Source: Actinomycetota bacterium (GTDB lineage: Bacteria > Actinomycetota > Actinomycetes > Nanopelagicales > Nanopelagicaceae). From it: 64,000 nucleotides of DNA. This document shows positions 20,039-29,750 of this stretch, piece after piece. The stretch's first letter is position 1. Every line of letters begins with the position of its first letter. Location of the stretch: positions 56,969 to 120,968 of the forward strand of contig PLXJ01000039.1 of assembly GCA_003151395.1 (NCBI GenBank), in the 5' to 3' direction. The notes beneath the pieces were generated by a model, which was given only the letters and a program-made list of their open reading frames with translations, was not told where the DNA came from and made no database searches. Made by a program: the position numbers and the translations under genes.

Positions 20039-20689
20039 ATGCGCGATGTATTCCACGAGGAGCTCGAGTCCATTACGGCTGACCACCTTAAAATGACGTC
20101 CTTAGTTCGTGATGCTATTGAATCCGCGACGACTGCCCTGCTCACTGCCGATCTTCAACTAGCCGAAAAGGTAATAGCTGATGATCTTGCCCTAGACAGC
20201 ACGCAGCACAATCTGGATGAGCGAACGATCAATATTATGGCTCGCCAACAGCCAGTTGCCTCCGATTTACGCCGACTTGTCAGTTCACTTCGCATTAGCG
20301 CCGATCTTGAGCGCATGGGCGATCTCGCCCACCACATCGCAAAGCTGGCCCGGATGCGCTATCCAAACAGAGCCGTCCCGGATGAAGTTGTGGATGTCAT
20401 TACAGAAATGGGAATGGCCGCCCAGCGAATCGTTGAAAAGATGGCAGTCGTCCTCGAATTTCGGGATCTCAACCGTGCTCTTGAAATCGATAAAGATGAT
20501 GATGAGATGGATAAATTGCAACGCAAATTAATAGGCACGATTCTTGGCCCCGATTGGGTTCATAGTGTCGAGTCAGCTGTCGATATGGCCTTTGCCAGTC
20601 GATATTTCGAACGCTTCTCAGATCACGCGGTATCTATAGCGCAACGGGTTTACTACACCGAGACTGGCGATTTCGTCCCAAAAAGTTAG
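20039..20689 (+). CDS. phoU: Phosphate signalling complex protein PhoU
   Basis: 216 aa with two PhoU repeats that carry the conserved E/D...D...ERxGD pattern (ADLERMGDLAHHIAK; RYFERFSDHAVSIA). Confidence 0.9.
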   Translation: MRDVFHEELESITADHLKMTSLVRDAIESATTALLTADLQLAEKVIADDLALDSTQHNLDERTINIMARQQPVASDLRRLVSSLRISADLERMGDLAHHIAKLARMRYPNRAVPDEVVDVITEMGMAAQRIVEKMAVVLEFRDLNRALEIDKDDDEMDKLQRKLIGTILGPDWVHSVESAVDMAFASRYFERFSDHAVSIAQRVYYTETGDFVPKS

Positions 20690-20692
20690 CTC

Positions 20693-21439
20693 TTACTTCT
20701 TTCCTTGATTCGCCACTGCGGTAATGGCATCTGCCGCTGCAATTGGATCGAGGTACTCCCCACCCTTTTTAAGCGGTGAAAAATCGTCGTTCAACTCATA
20801 AAGCAATGGGATACCTGTCGGAATATTTAACCCTGCAATATCAGCATCAGAAATTCCATCCAAATGCTTTACAAGCGCACGAAGTGAGTTGCCATGAGCC
20901 GTCACCAGAATTGTTTTACTCGTTACCAGATCCGGAATAATCGCATCGAACCAGTAAGGAAGCATGCGATCAACGACATCCTTCAGACACTCTGCCTTTG
21001 GAAGCGCACTGCCTAACTCTGCGTAGCGAATATCGTGGGCTTGACTAAATTCATCGTTATCTTCAATTGGTGGGGGTGGCACATCGAAAGAACGACGCCA
21101 CAATTGGAATTGCTCTTCACCGTATTGCGCCAAGGTCTGCGCTTTGTCTTTGCCTTGCAGCGCACCATAGTGACGTTCGTTTAAGCGCCAGGTGCGATGA
21201 ACTGGAATCCAAGTACGGTCACATTCATCGAGGGCAATCTGTGAAGTAATGATCGCGCGGCGAAGTAGTGAAGTGTGCACAATGTTTGGGAGTAAGCCCC
21301 GCTCTTTGAGAAGTTGTCCTCCACGCTTTGCTTCGGCCTGACCCTTTTCGGATAGTCGTACATCAACCCATCCGGTAAAGAGGTTTTTAGCGTTCCATTC
21401 GGATTCGCCATGGCGAAGCAAGATTAATTGTGTAGTCAT
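20693..21439 (-). CDS. gpmA: 2,3-bisphosphoglycerate-dependent phosphoglycerate mutase
   Basis: [20 protein letters not shown] catalytic motif and the ...AHGNSLRAL motif. 248 aa. Confidence 0.95.
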   Translation of the reverse strand: MTTQLILLRHGESEWNAKNLFTGWVDVRLSEKGQAEAKRGGQLLKERGLLPNIVHTSLLRRAIITSQIALDECDRTWIPVHRTWRLNERHYGALQGKDKAQTLAQYGEEQFQLWRRSFDVPPPPIEDNDEFSQAHDIRYAELGSALPKAECLKDVVDRMLPYWFDAIIPDLVTSKTILVTAHGNSLRALVKHLDGISDADIAGLNIPTGIPLLYELNDDFSPLKKGGEYLDPIAAADAITAVANQGKK

Positions 21440-22704
21440 TGCACTAGTTTAATAGCAGATTCCTGACCTCTAGACAGCACCCAGTCGTAGACATCCAGCG
21501 TTCGCCTTGCTGTTGATTCCCATCCAAAGTTTGCGGCGTGACTTATGGCACCAAATGAGAGTGAAATACGGCGGGCGGGATCGGTGAGTAACCTTGAAAT
21601 AACGGCTGACCAGGCACGTGGATCATGACCGTCAACTAATGAACCTGAAAATCCATCTGCAACTGCGGTACGGAGTCCTCCGACTGCGGTCGCAACTACA
21701 GGCGTGCCACACGCCTGCGCTTCTAGCGCGACTAAACCAAAACTTTCAGAGTAACTTGGAACGCAGACCAAATCAGATGCACGGTACCAATCTGGAAGTT
21801 GCTCCCGAGGTACCGGTTCCAAAAAGGAAATGACATCGTCCACTCCCATAAATTTTGCTAGCGCTTTTAAACGGTCAGGTTCCGCAGAACCTGCCCCTGA
21901 AGCTCCACCCATAATTACCAGAGCTAACTTGGCGCGCAAATGAGGCGAGTGACCCAACATCTCAGAGACGGCGCGAACTAATACTTCTGGCCCTTTATGA
22001 GGTTGAACGCGCCCAACAAAGGTAACCATCAGAGCATCCGGCGCGATATTCAGTTTGGTCCGTGCCGCCGCTTTGCCCGAGCCGACCGTGAATCGCTTCA
22101 AATCTACTCCAGGCGTCACCACAAATACATTGTCAGGACAAGCGTCATATAAAGAAACCAAACTTGCGGCTTCGGCATCTGTATTTGCAATAAGTGCCGC
22201 CGAGTTTTTCACGATCTGTTCTTCGCCAATTGCGCGGATCGCTGGTTCAGGAGAGTCACCATCGGCCATATTCATATTTTTAACGCGGGCCATTGTGTGC
22301 ATGGTATGAACAAGTGGTATTGAAGTTCGCTCAGAAAGCATCCAACCGAGTTGTCCACTGATCCAATAATGGGAATGCAAAATGTTGTAATAATTTTTTG
22401 GCAAGGTATCGAAAAGTTCCATCACCCCGTGCGTAAGTGCACCTATTTGGGATGGCAACTCTTCTTTGGACAACCCCTTGTATGGTCCAGCTTCGATATG
22501 CCGAACGGTGACTCCTGGGGCGATCTCTACGATCTTAGGTAAGTATGGGTCGGTGGCACGGGTGTAAATATCTACATCGACACCAGATTCCGCCATCTTT
22601 ATCGCGCTTTCCACGACGTAGATATTCATACCGCCAGCATCGCCAAGACCCGCTTGATCGAGCGGGGAGGTATGCACCATTAAAGTTGCTATGCGGCCCT
22701 TCAA
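21436..22704 (-). CDS. mshA: D-inositol-3-phosphate glycosyltransferase MshA (mycothiol biosynthesis)
   Basis: N-terminal [23 protein letters not shown]4 C-terminal E-x7-E region ([18 protein letters not shown]). Stop overlaps the gpmA ATG as ATGA. Confidence 0.9.
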   Translation of the reverse strand: MKGRIATLMVHTSPLDQAGLGDAGGMNIYVVESAIKMAESGVDVDIYTRATDPYLPKIVEIAPGVTVRHIEAGPYKGLSKEELPSQIGALTHGVMELFDTLPKNYYNILHSHYWISGQLGWMLSERTSIPLVHTMHTMARVKNMNMADGDSPEPAIRAIGEEQIVKNSAALIANTDAEAASLVSLYDACPDNVFVVTPGVDLKRFTVGSGKAAARTKLNIAPDALMVTFVGRVQPHKGPEVLVRAVSEMLGHSPHLRAKLALVIMGGASGAGSAEPDRLKALAKFMGVDDVISFLEPVPREQLPDWYRASDLVCVPSYSESFGLVALEAQACGTPVVATAVGGLRTAVADGFSGSLVDGHDPRAWSAVISRLLTDPARRISLSFGAISHAANFGWESTARRTLDVYDWVLSRGQESAIKLVQ

Positions 22705-22730
22705 CTTCGGCTACCAATCACAGGAAAAGT

Positions 22731-23675
22731 CTATAACTCGGTCAACAAGTTCGATACTCGAATTTGTCCTGTGTTCGGTGATCCACTCTTGACGAGAACT
22801 GATTCGATCGAAGTATCAACGTCCCACGCCTTGAGCACTGCAAAGACGATTGGAGGAATTGGTCGATCAGAGCCATCGCTCACTTTAATTACGCAAGCTC
22901 TTCCATCTTCAAGTGAGAGCAACTTGACGCCTTCTGCACCATCTTTTACAAAAAGCCCAGGAATTTGCGACATGAGCGTTGTTGTCAAACGGCCCACACC
23001 GGCAACCATATCGGGGTGAAGGAGACAGGCAGCAATAACAGCCTGATGAACTGGATCTTGCGAAATTCGAATTTTGTGGGCACCAAGTGCAAAGTTCTTT
23101 GTTGTCATAGCAAAAAGTGGAGCCCCACATCCGTCAATAGTGGTCGCTAAAACTAAATCGCCAATGAGCGACTCAATCTCCTCACGAATTGCAATTTGTA
23201 ACGGGTGCCCGGCATCTAGGTAAGTCTGGGTATCCCATCCATTGACCACGCATGTAGCAAGCATTCCCGCATGCTTGCCGCTGCATCCCTGCGCCAATCG
23301 AGATGGTGGCTGTGCCCCCCAGTCCTGCCGTTCGGCTCTACCTAAAGGTAGATCGGGGGTATTACGTAAATCGGCAACAGTTAAACCAGCCCCATGCAAT
23401 ATAGATTCGACAACCTCGAAATGCTCCGTAGTGCCAGAGTGGCTCGAACAAACCAGCGCTAATTGTTTAGGTGCGAGTATGAGGCCATTGCGCACCATCG
23501 CTGCGGCTTGAAAGGACTTAATAGCTGATCTGGGATACATCGGAGCATCCACATCACCTATCGCTGCTCGAACCGAACCATCACTATTGATCAACGCCAG
23601 GCGTCCGCTATGAACTGATTCAACAATCCCAGCACGGAAAATTTCCACGAGTGGTTTCCCTGAAAAATTACTCAT
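22731..23675 (-). CDS. Asparaginase, Rhizobium-type (Asparaginase_II family)
   Basis: RSAIKSFQA (S-x-x-K), CSGKHAGML and IDGCGAP blocks match the Ser-Lys and Cys/Lys/Cys zinc site of this family. Confidence 0.75.
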   Translation of the reverse strand: MSNFSGKPLVEIFRAGIVESVHSGRLALINSDGSVRAAIGDVDAPMYPRSAIKSFQAAAMVRNGLILAPKQLALVCSSHSGTTEHFEVVESILHGAGLTVADLRNTPDLPLGRAERQDWGAQPPSRLAQGCSGKHAGMLATCVVNGWDTQTYLDAGHPLQIAIREEIESLIGDLVLATTIDGCGAPLFAMTTKNFALGAHKIRISQDPVHQAVIAACLLHPDMVAGVGRLTTTLMSQIPGLFVKDGAEGVKLLSLEDGRACVIKVSDGSDRPIPPIVFAVLKAWDVDTSIESVLVKSGSPNTGQIRVSNLLTEL

Positions 23676-23677
23676 AC

Positions 23678-24178
23678 TTACTCCGATTGACGCTCAAGAG
23701 ATGACCACATATATGACTGCAACTCATGACCATCCATTTCGACATCGTGCGCAAAAAATAGTTGACCTTCAACTAGTCCATACAACCTAGAGGCAGATTC
23801 CACTGATTTCCCCGATGGCGAAACATAGCCACGATCCAGGGCAAGTTGAATTTTTGGGCCATCATAAATTCCTACCCATCCCTCCCCACGGCCCGTGTTA
23901 TACGCGAGGACAACCTCAAGAACTTTCTTAGGTTTTGGATGCCAAAAACCAACTTCGTTGTCGAAAGGTTGAGTGATGTTGGCATCATCATCAATCAACC
24001 AGGTACGCGAGTAATAATTGAGGAAATTACGACCATCATGATTAAACGTGACTTCATGTGCAAATTGAAAGGGCGGAATGCCGGGGTACTCACCGCGTCC
24101 TTTGCCGCGCCATGTACCTATAAGCCACGCCAACGGGTACAACTCTTCGTTCAAGCCCTCGGGAATTGTAAAAGCCAT
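23678..24178 (-). CDS. Nitrobindin / FABP-like heme-binding beta-barrel protein (DUF1794)
   Basis: The LAWLIGTWRGKGRGEYPGIPPFQF...FNHDGRNFLNY pattern is characteristic of the family. 166 aa. Confidence 0.75.
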   Translation of the reverse strand: MAFTIPEGLNEELYPLAWLIGTWRGKGRGEYPGIPPFQFAHEVTFNHDGRNFLNYYSRTWLIDDDANITQPFDNEVGFWHPKPKKVLEVVLAYNTGRGEGWVGIYDGPKIQLALDRGYVSPSGKSVESASRLYGLVEGQLFFAHDVEMDGHELQSYMWSSLERQSE

Positions 24179-24295
24179 TTACTCTGCCCTTTCTTGTCGC
24201 CAAAGGCGCACGGCACCGCGCACTCCAAAAATAATTAAAAATAAGCCAAATACGCCGGCCCCAGCAATTAACGCAAGAGAGGTTGCCGTCGCCAC
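24179..24295 (-). CDS. Possible 38-aa single-pass membrane peptide (below the ORF-track cutoff)
   Basis: Hand translation gives GTG...MATATSLALIAGAGVFGLFLIIFGVRGAVRLWRQERAE*. The stop TAA abuts the ATG of the nitrobindin gene. No homology evidence. Confidence 0.3.
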   Translation of the reverse strand: MATATSLALIAGAGVFGLFLIIFGVRGAVRLWRQERAE

Positions 24296-24324
24296 GCGAT
24301 AATCGTAACCGTTACGATTGATTT

Positions 24325-24684
24325 ATGAAAAAATTGGTCGTTAAAGCCATGGCCGGTAATAATGATCCAGAGCGAGTAGCCCAAGCCTTTTCGGTCGCAG
24401 CGACAGCGCTCGCTTCCGGTTTTGAAGTATCGCTCTGGCTTACTGGCGAAGCATCATATTTTGCGCTGCCTGGTAGATGCGAAGATTTTAATTTGCCCCA
24501 TTCAGCCAAGTTAAACGAATTGCGAGATGCCATCCTGGTCGGGGGTTCTATAACACTTTGTACTCAGTGCGCTCTTCGACGTGATATTGCACAGAACGAC
24601 TTAATCTCTGGAATCGTGATTAAGGGATCCGCATCCTTTGTTGAGGAGATAATGACTGAAGGTGTTCAAGCTCTCGTTTATTAA
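24325..24684 (+). CDS. DsrE/DsrF-like sulfur-relay family protein
   Basis: 119 aa. N-terminal KKLVVKAMAGNNDPERVAQAFSVAATALASG fold signature and a conserved Cys near the C-terminus (LCTQCA). Confidence 0.6.
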   Translation: MKKLVVKAMAGNNDPERVAQAFSVAATALASGFEVSLWLTGEASYFALPGRCEDFNLPHSAKLNELRDAILVGGSITLCTQCALRRDIAQNDLISGIVIKGSASFVEEIMTEGVQALVY

Positions 24685-25538
24685 ATCAGTCGAATAATCG
24701 CTAATGAAAAGGCTCCGCAAATTGCCCATGCGCTCAATCCAAAAAGTAACGGTTTGGTTCCGATGCTCCGGATCTGCTGCCATTTCACGCCGGTTGCCAT
24801 CGCAAAAAGCCCCATGGATAAACAGGTCTTTGAAATATTAATGAGAGTATTGGTCGCACCAGCCGAGAGATGTAACTCGTTATTCAACAAGGTGATAGCC
24901 AGGAATCCGATAATGAATGGCGGCAACCAAGTTGTGAGTGAAAATTTGGACTTAAATTCTCTAGAGTTACTTTGCTTCACATTTATAAGAACAAGCAATG
25001 GCGCGAGCAAGACGACACGAGCAAGTTTAGAAATCACAGCGTAAGAAAGCGTCGTCCCCCCAACCACAGATGCCGTTGCAACTACTTGCCCAATGTCATG
25101 AACCGCAGCTCCAATCCATGCTCCCGCAATGCGATGTGTAAGGTGAAGCGCTTTGGCAATTGGAGGAATCGCAAAAATAGAGAGCGTTCCACACAGGGTA
25201 ACTATGCCCACGGCGTAGGAGACATCTTCGCTTCGAGCCTTCTTAGATGCTCCAATCGCGGTAACTGCGGAAGCACCACATATCGAAAAACCTCCGGCAA
25301 TTAATAAGGCTAACTCGGGAGATATTCCGAAGAATTTAGCGCTGCTTCTAACCACGAAAAATGTGAGAATTACTATCAATAAAATCGCCGCAAATCCCTT
25401 GACCCCGATATCGGCAAATTTATGGAAAGTAATTTGGAAGCCAAGAAGGGCAACACCCAATCGGAGCAGGCGATTGGCAGCAAAATCAAGAACAGGTTTG
25501 GCCCACTCTACAAATTTCGAGAAATTGGAGACAATCAA
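24681..25538 (-). CDS. YeiH/UPF0324 family membrane protein (putative sulfate exporter family), N-terminus apparently short
   Basis: LLRLGVALLGFQITF and the multi-helix layout match Cons_hypoth698. The only ATG/GTG/TTG start before the upstream in-frame stop is TTG at 25538. Confidence 0.65.
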   Translation of the reverse strand: MIVSNFSKFVEWAKPVLDFAANRLLRLGVALLGFQITFHKFADIGVKGFAAILLIVILTFFVVRSSAKFFGISPELALLIAGGFSICGASAVTAIGASKKARSEDVSYAVGIVTLCGTLSIFAIPPIAKALHLTHRIAGAWIGAAVHDIGQVVATASVVGGTTLSYAVISKLARVVLLAPLLVLINVKQSNSREFKSKFSLTTWLPPFIIGFLAITLLNNELHLSAGATNTLINISKTCLSMGLFAMATGVKWQQIRSIGTKPLLFGLSAWAICGAFSLAIIRLI

Positions 25539-25585
25539 TCCCGCTAAAAGTGCAATGAATAGCGGGCTTATTGGGACTGCGGAGT

Positions 25586-27631
25586 TCAGCTGAGACCTCT
25601 GCGATTGATGAGTGGCTCAACGACCGCATCCCTACCTCGAAAATTACGATACATCTGCATCGAGTCGATAGACCCTCCTCGACTTAGTAACTCATTGCGG
25701 AAGCGATCCCCATTGGTTCTGGTTAAGCCGCCATTTTCTTTAAACCAGTCAACGGTATCCGCATCCAATATCTCAGACCAGATATACCCGTAATACCCTG
25801 CCGAGTAACCGCCAGCAAAGATATGGGAGAAGTAGGTGGCTCGATATCGAGTTGGTACCGGAGAATATTCCAAGCCATAGTCTTCGATCGCCTTTGCCTC
25901 AAATGCAACTACATCTTCAATTTCATACCCGTTTGGTATTTGATGAAGTGCGAGATCCAATATTGCTGCTTGCAAGTATGCAGTTGTGTCATGCCCTTGA
26001 TTGAAAGTTGACGAGTTTTCGATATTATCAATTATCGACTGAGGGAGTCGCTCACCTGTTTTGTAATGTACCGCAAAGTTATTCACAATTTCTGGCCAAA
26101 AAATCCACATTTCATTTACTTGTGAAGGAAACTCGACAAAGTCGCGCTCAACATTGGTGCCGGATAACCTCGGATAGGTGACTTGTGAAAAGAGTCCATG
26201 AAGTGCATGCCCGAATTCATGGAACAGGGTCGTAAGGAAATCAAAACTTAACAGCGTCGGTTCCCCCGCCGGAGGTTTTACGATATTCAAGTTATTGACA
26301 ACGACGGGTAGTTGACCGAAGAGAAAATTCTGATCAACGAGATTGTTCATCCATGCACCACCGCGCTTTGAATCACGAGTGTAGAAATCACCAATAAAGA
26401 GCCCGAGTTTGGAGCCGTCCTCATTATTGACTTCAAATGCGCGAGCCTCAGAGTGGTACGTGACAATATCTGGACGCTCTTTGAAAGTGATACCATACAA
26501 TTTCGTGGCAGCGTAGAACACCCCATCCCACAAGGTCTTTTCTAGTTCAAAATACGGCTTGAGGGCCGCGCTATCCACATCATATTTTTCGGCACGGATT
26601 CGCTCTGAGTACAAGTCCCAATCCCAGCTTTCGAGGTTAAAGGATTCCCCCGAGCGACCAATAGCCTCCTGAAGTACGTCTCCCTCCTTCTTGGCATTTG
26701 CAACGGCAGGCTTGGCTAATCTCTGTAACATCGCGTGAATATTCTCTGGCGACTTCGCAGTATTTTCACTGGTGATGTAAGCGGCATGGCTCAGGTAACC
26801 AAACAGTGTCGCTCTCCGCGCCCGTAATTTTGTCATCTGGTTCAATACTGACTTAGTGTCATTTTCATTGTCACGATTTGCTCGTACCATTGACGCCCTC
26901 ATGACGCGCTCCCGCAATGGGCGGTTGGTCAAACTCGCAAGCACGGGATTACCGCTGAAGTTAACGGCGGCAATCAACCATTTGCCATCCAATCCCCGAA
27001 CCTCTGCCGCCAACTTTGCAGCGGCGATTTCATTTTCGCTCAATCCGGCTAATTCTTCCAAAGTATCAACAACGATCGCTGAGTCATTGGTATCAGCCAG
27101 TACTTTCCGTGAAAATTCGGCTTCTAGTTTTGATAATTCCTCATTGAGTGATTTAAGTTCCTCGCGTTGTTCCGCAGAGAGGTGTGCTCCGGCAAAGTGA
27201 AAATCTTTGTAGTACAACTCGAGCAATCGCAAATCTTGGCCCGCTAATCCAAGTGAATCACGGGAGTTATAAAGTTTCTCAATTCGCTCCCAAAGGACTG
27301 GATTTAACTTTATGGCATCAGAGTGAGCTGCCAGTTTTGGAGCAATTTCTTCTTCAATCGCGTCAAGTACTGGCGAAGTATCGCTTGAGGATTTGTTAAA
27401 AAACACAAGAGTCACGCGAAGCAGGGTACGTCCGCTCTTTTCAAGCTCCACAATCGTATTTTCAAATGTGAGATCTGGTTGCCCAATGATCGCTTGAACC
27501 TCAGCAAGCTGCTCTTCCATACCGCCGTAAAATGCAGGCAAGTAGTGCTCATCCTTGATGAGTGAAAATGGAGGCATCTCGTACTCAAGTGTGCTTTGGG
27601 CGGCGAAGGGATTTTTAGGATCAAGGCTCAT
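25586..27631 (-). CDS. dcp: M3-family peptidyl-dipeptidase (Dcp)
   Basis: Zinc motif TLFHEFGHALHG plus a downstream EFPSQ block. Start moved to the internal ATG at 27631 (MSLDPKNPF), which removes the overlap with the upstream gene. Confidence 0.9.
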   Translation of the reverse strand: MSLDPKNPFAAQSTLEYEMPPFSLIKDEHYLPAFYGGMEEQLAEVQAIIGQPDLTFENTIVELEKSGRTLLRVTLVFFNKSSSDTSPVLDAIEEEIAPKLAAHSDAIKLNPVLWERIEKLYNSRDSLGLAGQDLRLLELYYKDFHFAGAHLSAEQREELKSLNEELSKLEAEFSRKVLADTNDSAIVVDTLEELAGLSENEIAAAKLAAEVRGLDGKWLIAAVNFSGNPVLASLTNRPLRERVMRASMVRANRDNENDTKSVLNQMTKLRARRATLFGYLSHAAYITSENTAKSPENIHAMLQRLAKPAVANAKKEGDVLQEAIGRSGESFNLESWDWDLYSERIRAEKYDVDSAALKPYFELEKTLWDGVFYAATKLYGITFKERPDIVTYHSEARAFEVNNEDGSKLGLFIGDFYTRDSKRGGAWMNNLVDQNFLFGQLPVVVNNLNIVKPPAGEPTLLSFDFLTTLFHEFGHALHGLFSQVTYPRLSGTNVERDFVEFPSQVNEMWIFWPEIVNNFAVHYKTGERLPQSIIDNIENSSTFNQGHDTTAYLQAAILDLALHQIPNGYEIEDVVAFEAKAIEDYGLEYSPVPTRYRATYFSHIFAGGYSAGYYGYIWSEILDADTVDWFKENGGLTRTNGDRFRNELLSRGGSIDSMQMYRNFRGRDAVVEPLINRRGLS

Positions 27632-27641
27632 GGCGATAATC

Positions 27642-28553
27642 CTATTCTGCAGGTACCAACACTTCTTGCGTCGCGTAAACCCCATCAATATCCAAGGTTG
27701 CGTCGATGGGCACGGTGCGCTTTATAAGCGCTAGCGCAATTGGCCCGAGCTCATAATGCCGTGACATAGAGCCGATAAAACCAATCTCTTTCCCTTCGAA
27801 AACCACTTTAGCGCCATGCTCTGGCATGTGAACCATCGTTCCATCCAGGTGTAAAAGAACTAATCGACGCGGAGGGTGACCAAGATTAAAAACTTTAGCG
27901 ACAGTTTCTTGCCCCCGGTAACAACCCTTGTTCATGTGCACGGCGGTATGCAGGAAACCCAACTCATTGGGAATTGACTTGTGGTCTGTTTCGAGCAATA
28001 TGCGAGCACGTCCAGCTGCAATCCGCTCCGCTTCTAGCGCCCAAGTTCCGACTTGTGTATATCCCGCGGCGGAAAAGGCATTCACAACTTCAGAAAGTTC
28101 TGAACGCGGAACAAGTGCGTAAGGACCACCGATTGAATCGGGGGCTCCTGGTGCGCGAAGCACCGCAAAATCCGCGGTTCGATCTTGAACCGCAACATCA
28201 AGCATAAATTTCATTTTGTTTAGGTAGGAAATCAACTCTTGTGCTTTGGCAGATTCAGTGTGAATCCAGATTGATTCCCCGTCATCAACCAAGAAAAGAT
28301 GTTGCTCAATGTGGCCCTGTGCATCTAGCAATAAGGTCTGCGTCCACGCGCCTTTAGGAATCGTTGCTAACTCTTGTGTCATCATGTCGTTTAGCCACTT
28401 AGTACGATCTGCGCCAGAAATAGTTATGACGGCGCGATGAGAGAGATCCGCCCAAGCGGTTCCCGCGGCAAGTGCCCGTTGCTCTTGGTTAGGTTCGCCA
28501 AAGTGCCAAATCGCACCAGCGTCTAATCCAGACTCAACTAATACTGCGCTCAT
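27642..28553 (-). CDS. ygfZ: Folate-binding protein YgfZ (GcvT-like; Fe-S cluster and tRNA-modification associated)
   Basis: The signature KGCYRGQE motif is present. 303 aa. Confidence 0.8.
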   Translation of the reverse strand: MSAVLVESGLDAGAIWHFGEPNQEQRALAAGTAWADLSHRAVITISGADRTKWLNDMMTQELATIPKGAWTQTLLLDAQGHIEQHLFLVDDGESIWIHTESAKAQELISYLNKMKFMLDVAVQDRTADFAVLRAPGAPDSIGGPYALVPRSELSEVVNAFSAAGYTQVGTWALEAERIAAGRARILLETDHKSIPNELGFLHTAVHMNKGCYRGQETVAKVFNLGHPPRRLVLLHLDGTMVHMPEHGAKVVFEGKEIGFIGSMSRHYELGPIALALIKRTVPIDATLDIDGVYATQEVLVPAE

Positions 28554-28556
28554 AAA

Positions 28557-28973
28557 TTAATTAGAAAGAGCGGCACACGTCGCGCAAGTCCCATAAATTG
28601 CAAAGTGCGTAACATCCGTTTTGAAACCGTAATCATCGGATAACTGTTGAACGAATGGCGCGGCTGCCTCAATAGGTGCGTCACCAACCGAACCGCACAC
28701 TCCGCAAACCAGATGGAGATGCGTTAACTCCTCAGCGGCGTGATAGGTCGCGCCACCGTGCCCGAGGTGGGTGTGTTGTACCAAACCAACATTCTCGAGG
28801 GTTTCCAGATTCCGGTAAACCGTGGACAAGTTAATCCCTGGGTGCGTGATGTGAATTCTTGTTGCAACCTCTTCAGGTGTTGCATGCCCCAAGTCGCGCA
28901 CTGCCTGTAGCACAAGCTCACGCTGTGGGGTTAAACGAAGTCCTTTTTCGCGTAATTCATTCTGTTCAGCCAT
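28557..28973 (-). CDS. Fur-family metalloregulator
   Basis: Winged-helix N-terminus (GLRLTPQRELVLQAV) and metal sites HHLVCGVCGSV ... CATCA. 138 aa. Confidence 0.85.
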   Translation of the reverse strand: MAEQNELREKGLRLTPQRELVLQAVRDLGHATPEEVATRIHITHPGINLSTVYRNLETLENVGLVQHTHLGHGGATYHAAEELTHLHLVCGVCGSVGDAPIEAAAPFVQQLSDDYGFKTDVTHFAIYGTCATCAALSN

Positions 28974-28982
28974 GGTCCTAGC

Positions 28983-29750
28983 CTAAACCTCTTCTGAGAA
29001 TGTGAACAAAGCCTCGATGTAGTGCTCACCCGTTATCCCTAAATTCTGCGCATTGGGAGGTGCGGTTTGAGGCTCAATACAGACTCCGTCACTGTCCTCC
29101 GTATAAACAACCCAATATGGGGCATCGGATTCGACCGTTATTCGTGCCGCTCCTGGCCAAACGACAGATGGCACACCTTTTATATCGGTGAAACAGTCAT
29201 CCCACGGTTCTTTTGGCTGCGGAACAAACTCAAGTGTAGGAAGACCATCTTCGCCACGAACCATCATTCGAGCTGCTGTAAATTCAACTTCGGCCGCATC
29301 TCCACGCTCGAGTTCACGTGGGAACCAAGGATGAAATCCCAACCAAGCGGGAAGATCACAACCGTTGGGCGTGTACTCCAAAGTCCAACGGACAGCATCA
29401 TCGAGAATTTCGATGGTTTGATCAACGACTGCGCGGTTATACGGCGCTGGAAGTTCTAACCTCGCACGTCCAATACCGGTTTCTTCCCAGGAACTCGTGA
29501 AACCGTAGCCATGAATAGCGTGTGGTGGTGACCACGTCGTTGGAAGGGTGTGAACTATTCCAGATTCACTAGTAATAAGCCCCTCATCTATCCGACCAGC
29601 CCACGGTGCCATTGCAAACCAGCCCCAAGATATTGGCGTGCCGCGAAACGGAACCGCGAATTGCAGATCGCGCCATTGTAGCGATGCGATCCTTCCGCCT
29701 TGATCTAGATCGATAGAGACTGAAATTTCTGCTCCGTCAATGTGTTGCAT
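28983..29750 (-). CDS. Aldose 1-epimerase-family protein
   Basis: 255 aa. GGRIASLQW ... MAPWAGRIDEG ... HGYGF pattern resembles the mutarotase-fold family. ATG overlaps the upstream stop as TAATG. Confidence 0.55.
   Translation of the reverse strand: MQHIDGAEISVSIDLDQGGRIASLQWRDLQFAVPFRGTPISWGWFAMAPWAGRIDEGLITSESGIVHTLPTTWSPPHAIHGYGFTSSWEETGIGRARLELPAPYNRAVVDQTIEILDDAVRWTLEYTPNGCDLPAWLGFHPWFPRELERGDAAEVEFTAARMMVRGEDGLPTLEFVPQPKEPWDDCFTDIKGVPSVVWPGAARITVESDAPYWVVYTEDSDGVCIEPQTAPPNAQNLGITGEHYIEALFTFSEEV

Noticed and set aside
27632-27688. N-terminal ORF-track extensions of dcp. The same issue applies to 31069..31170 (AKR), 35573..35692 (ABC ATPase), 37434..37523 (adaptor), 47470..47574 (gabT), 50141..50155 (glgA), 50185..50202 (glgC), 55467..55529 (glgB) and 61357..61473 (psuG).
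   Set aside because: The longest-ORF starts overlap upstream genes or add residues unlike the family N-termini. Internal starts give canonical N-termini and typical 1-8-nt coupling overlaps.
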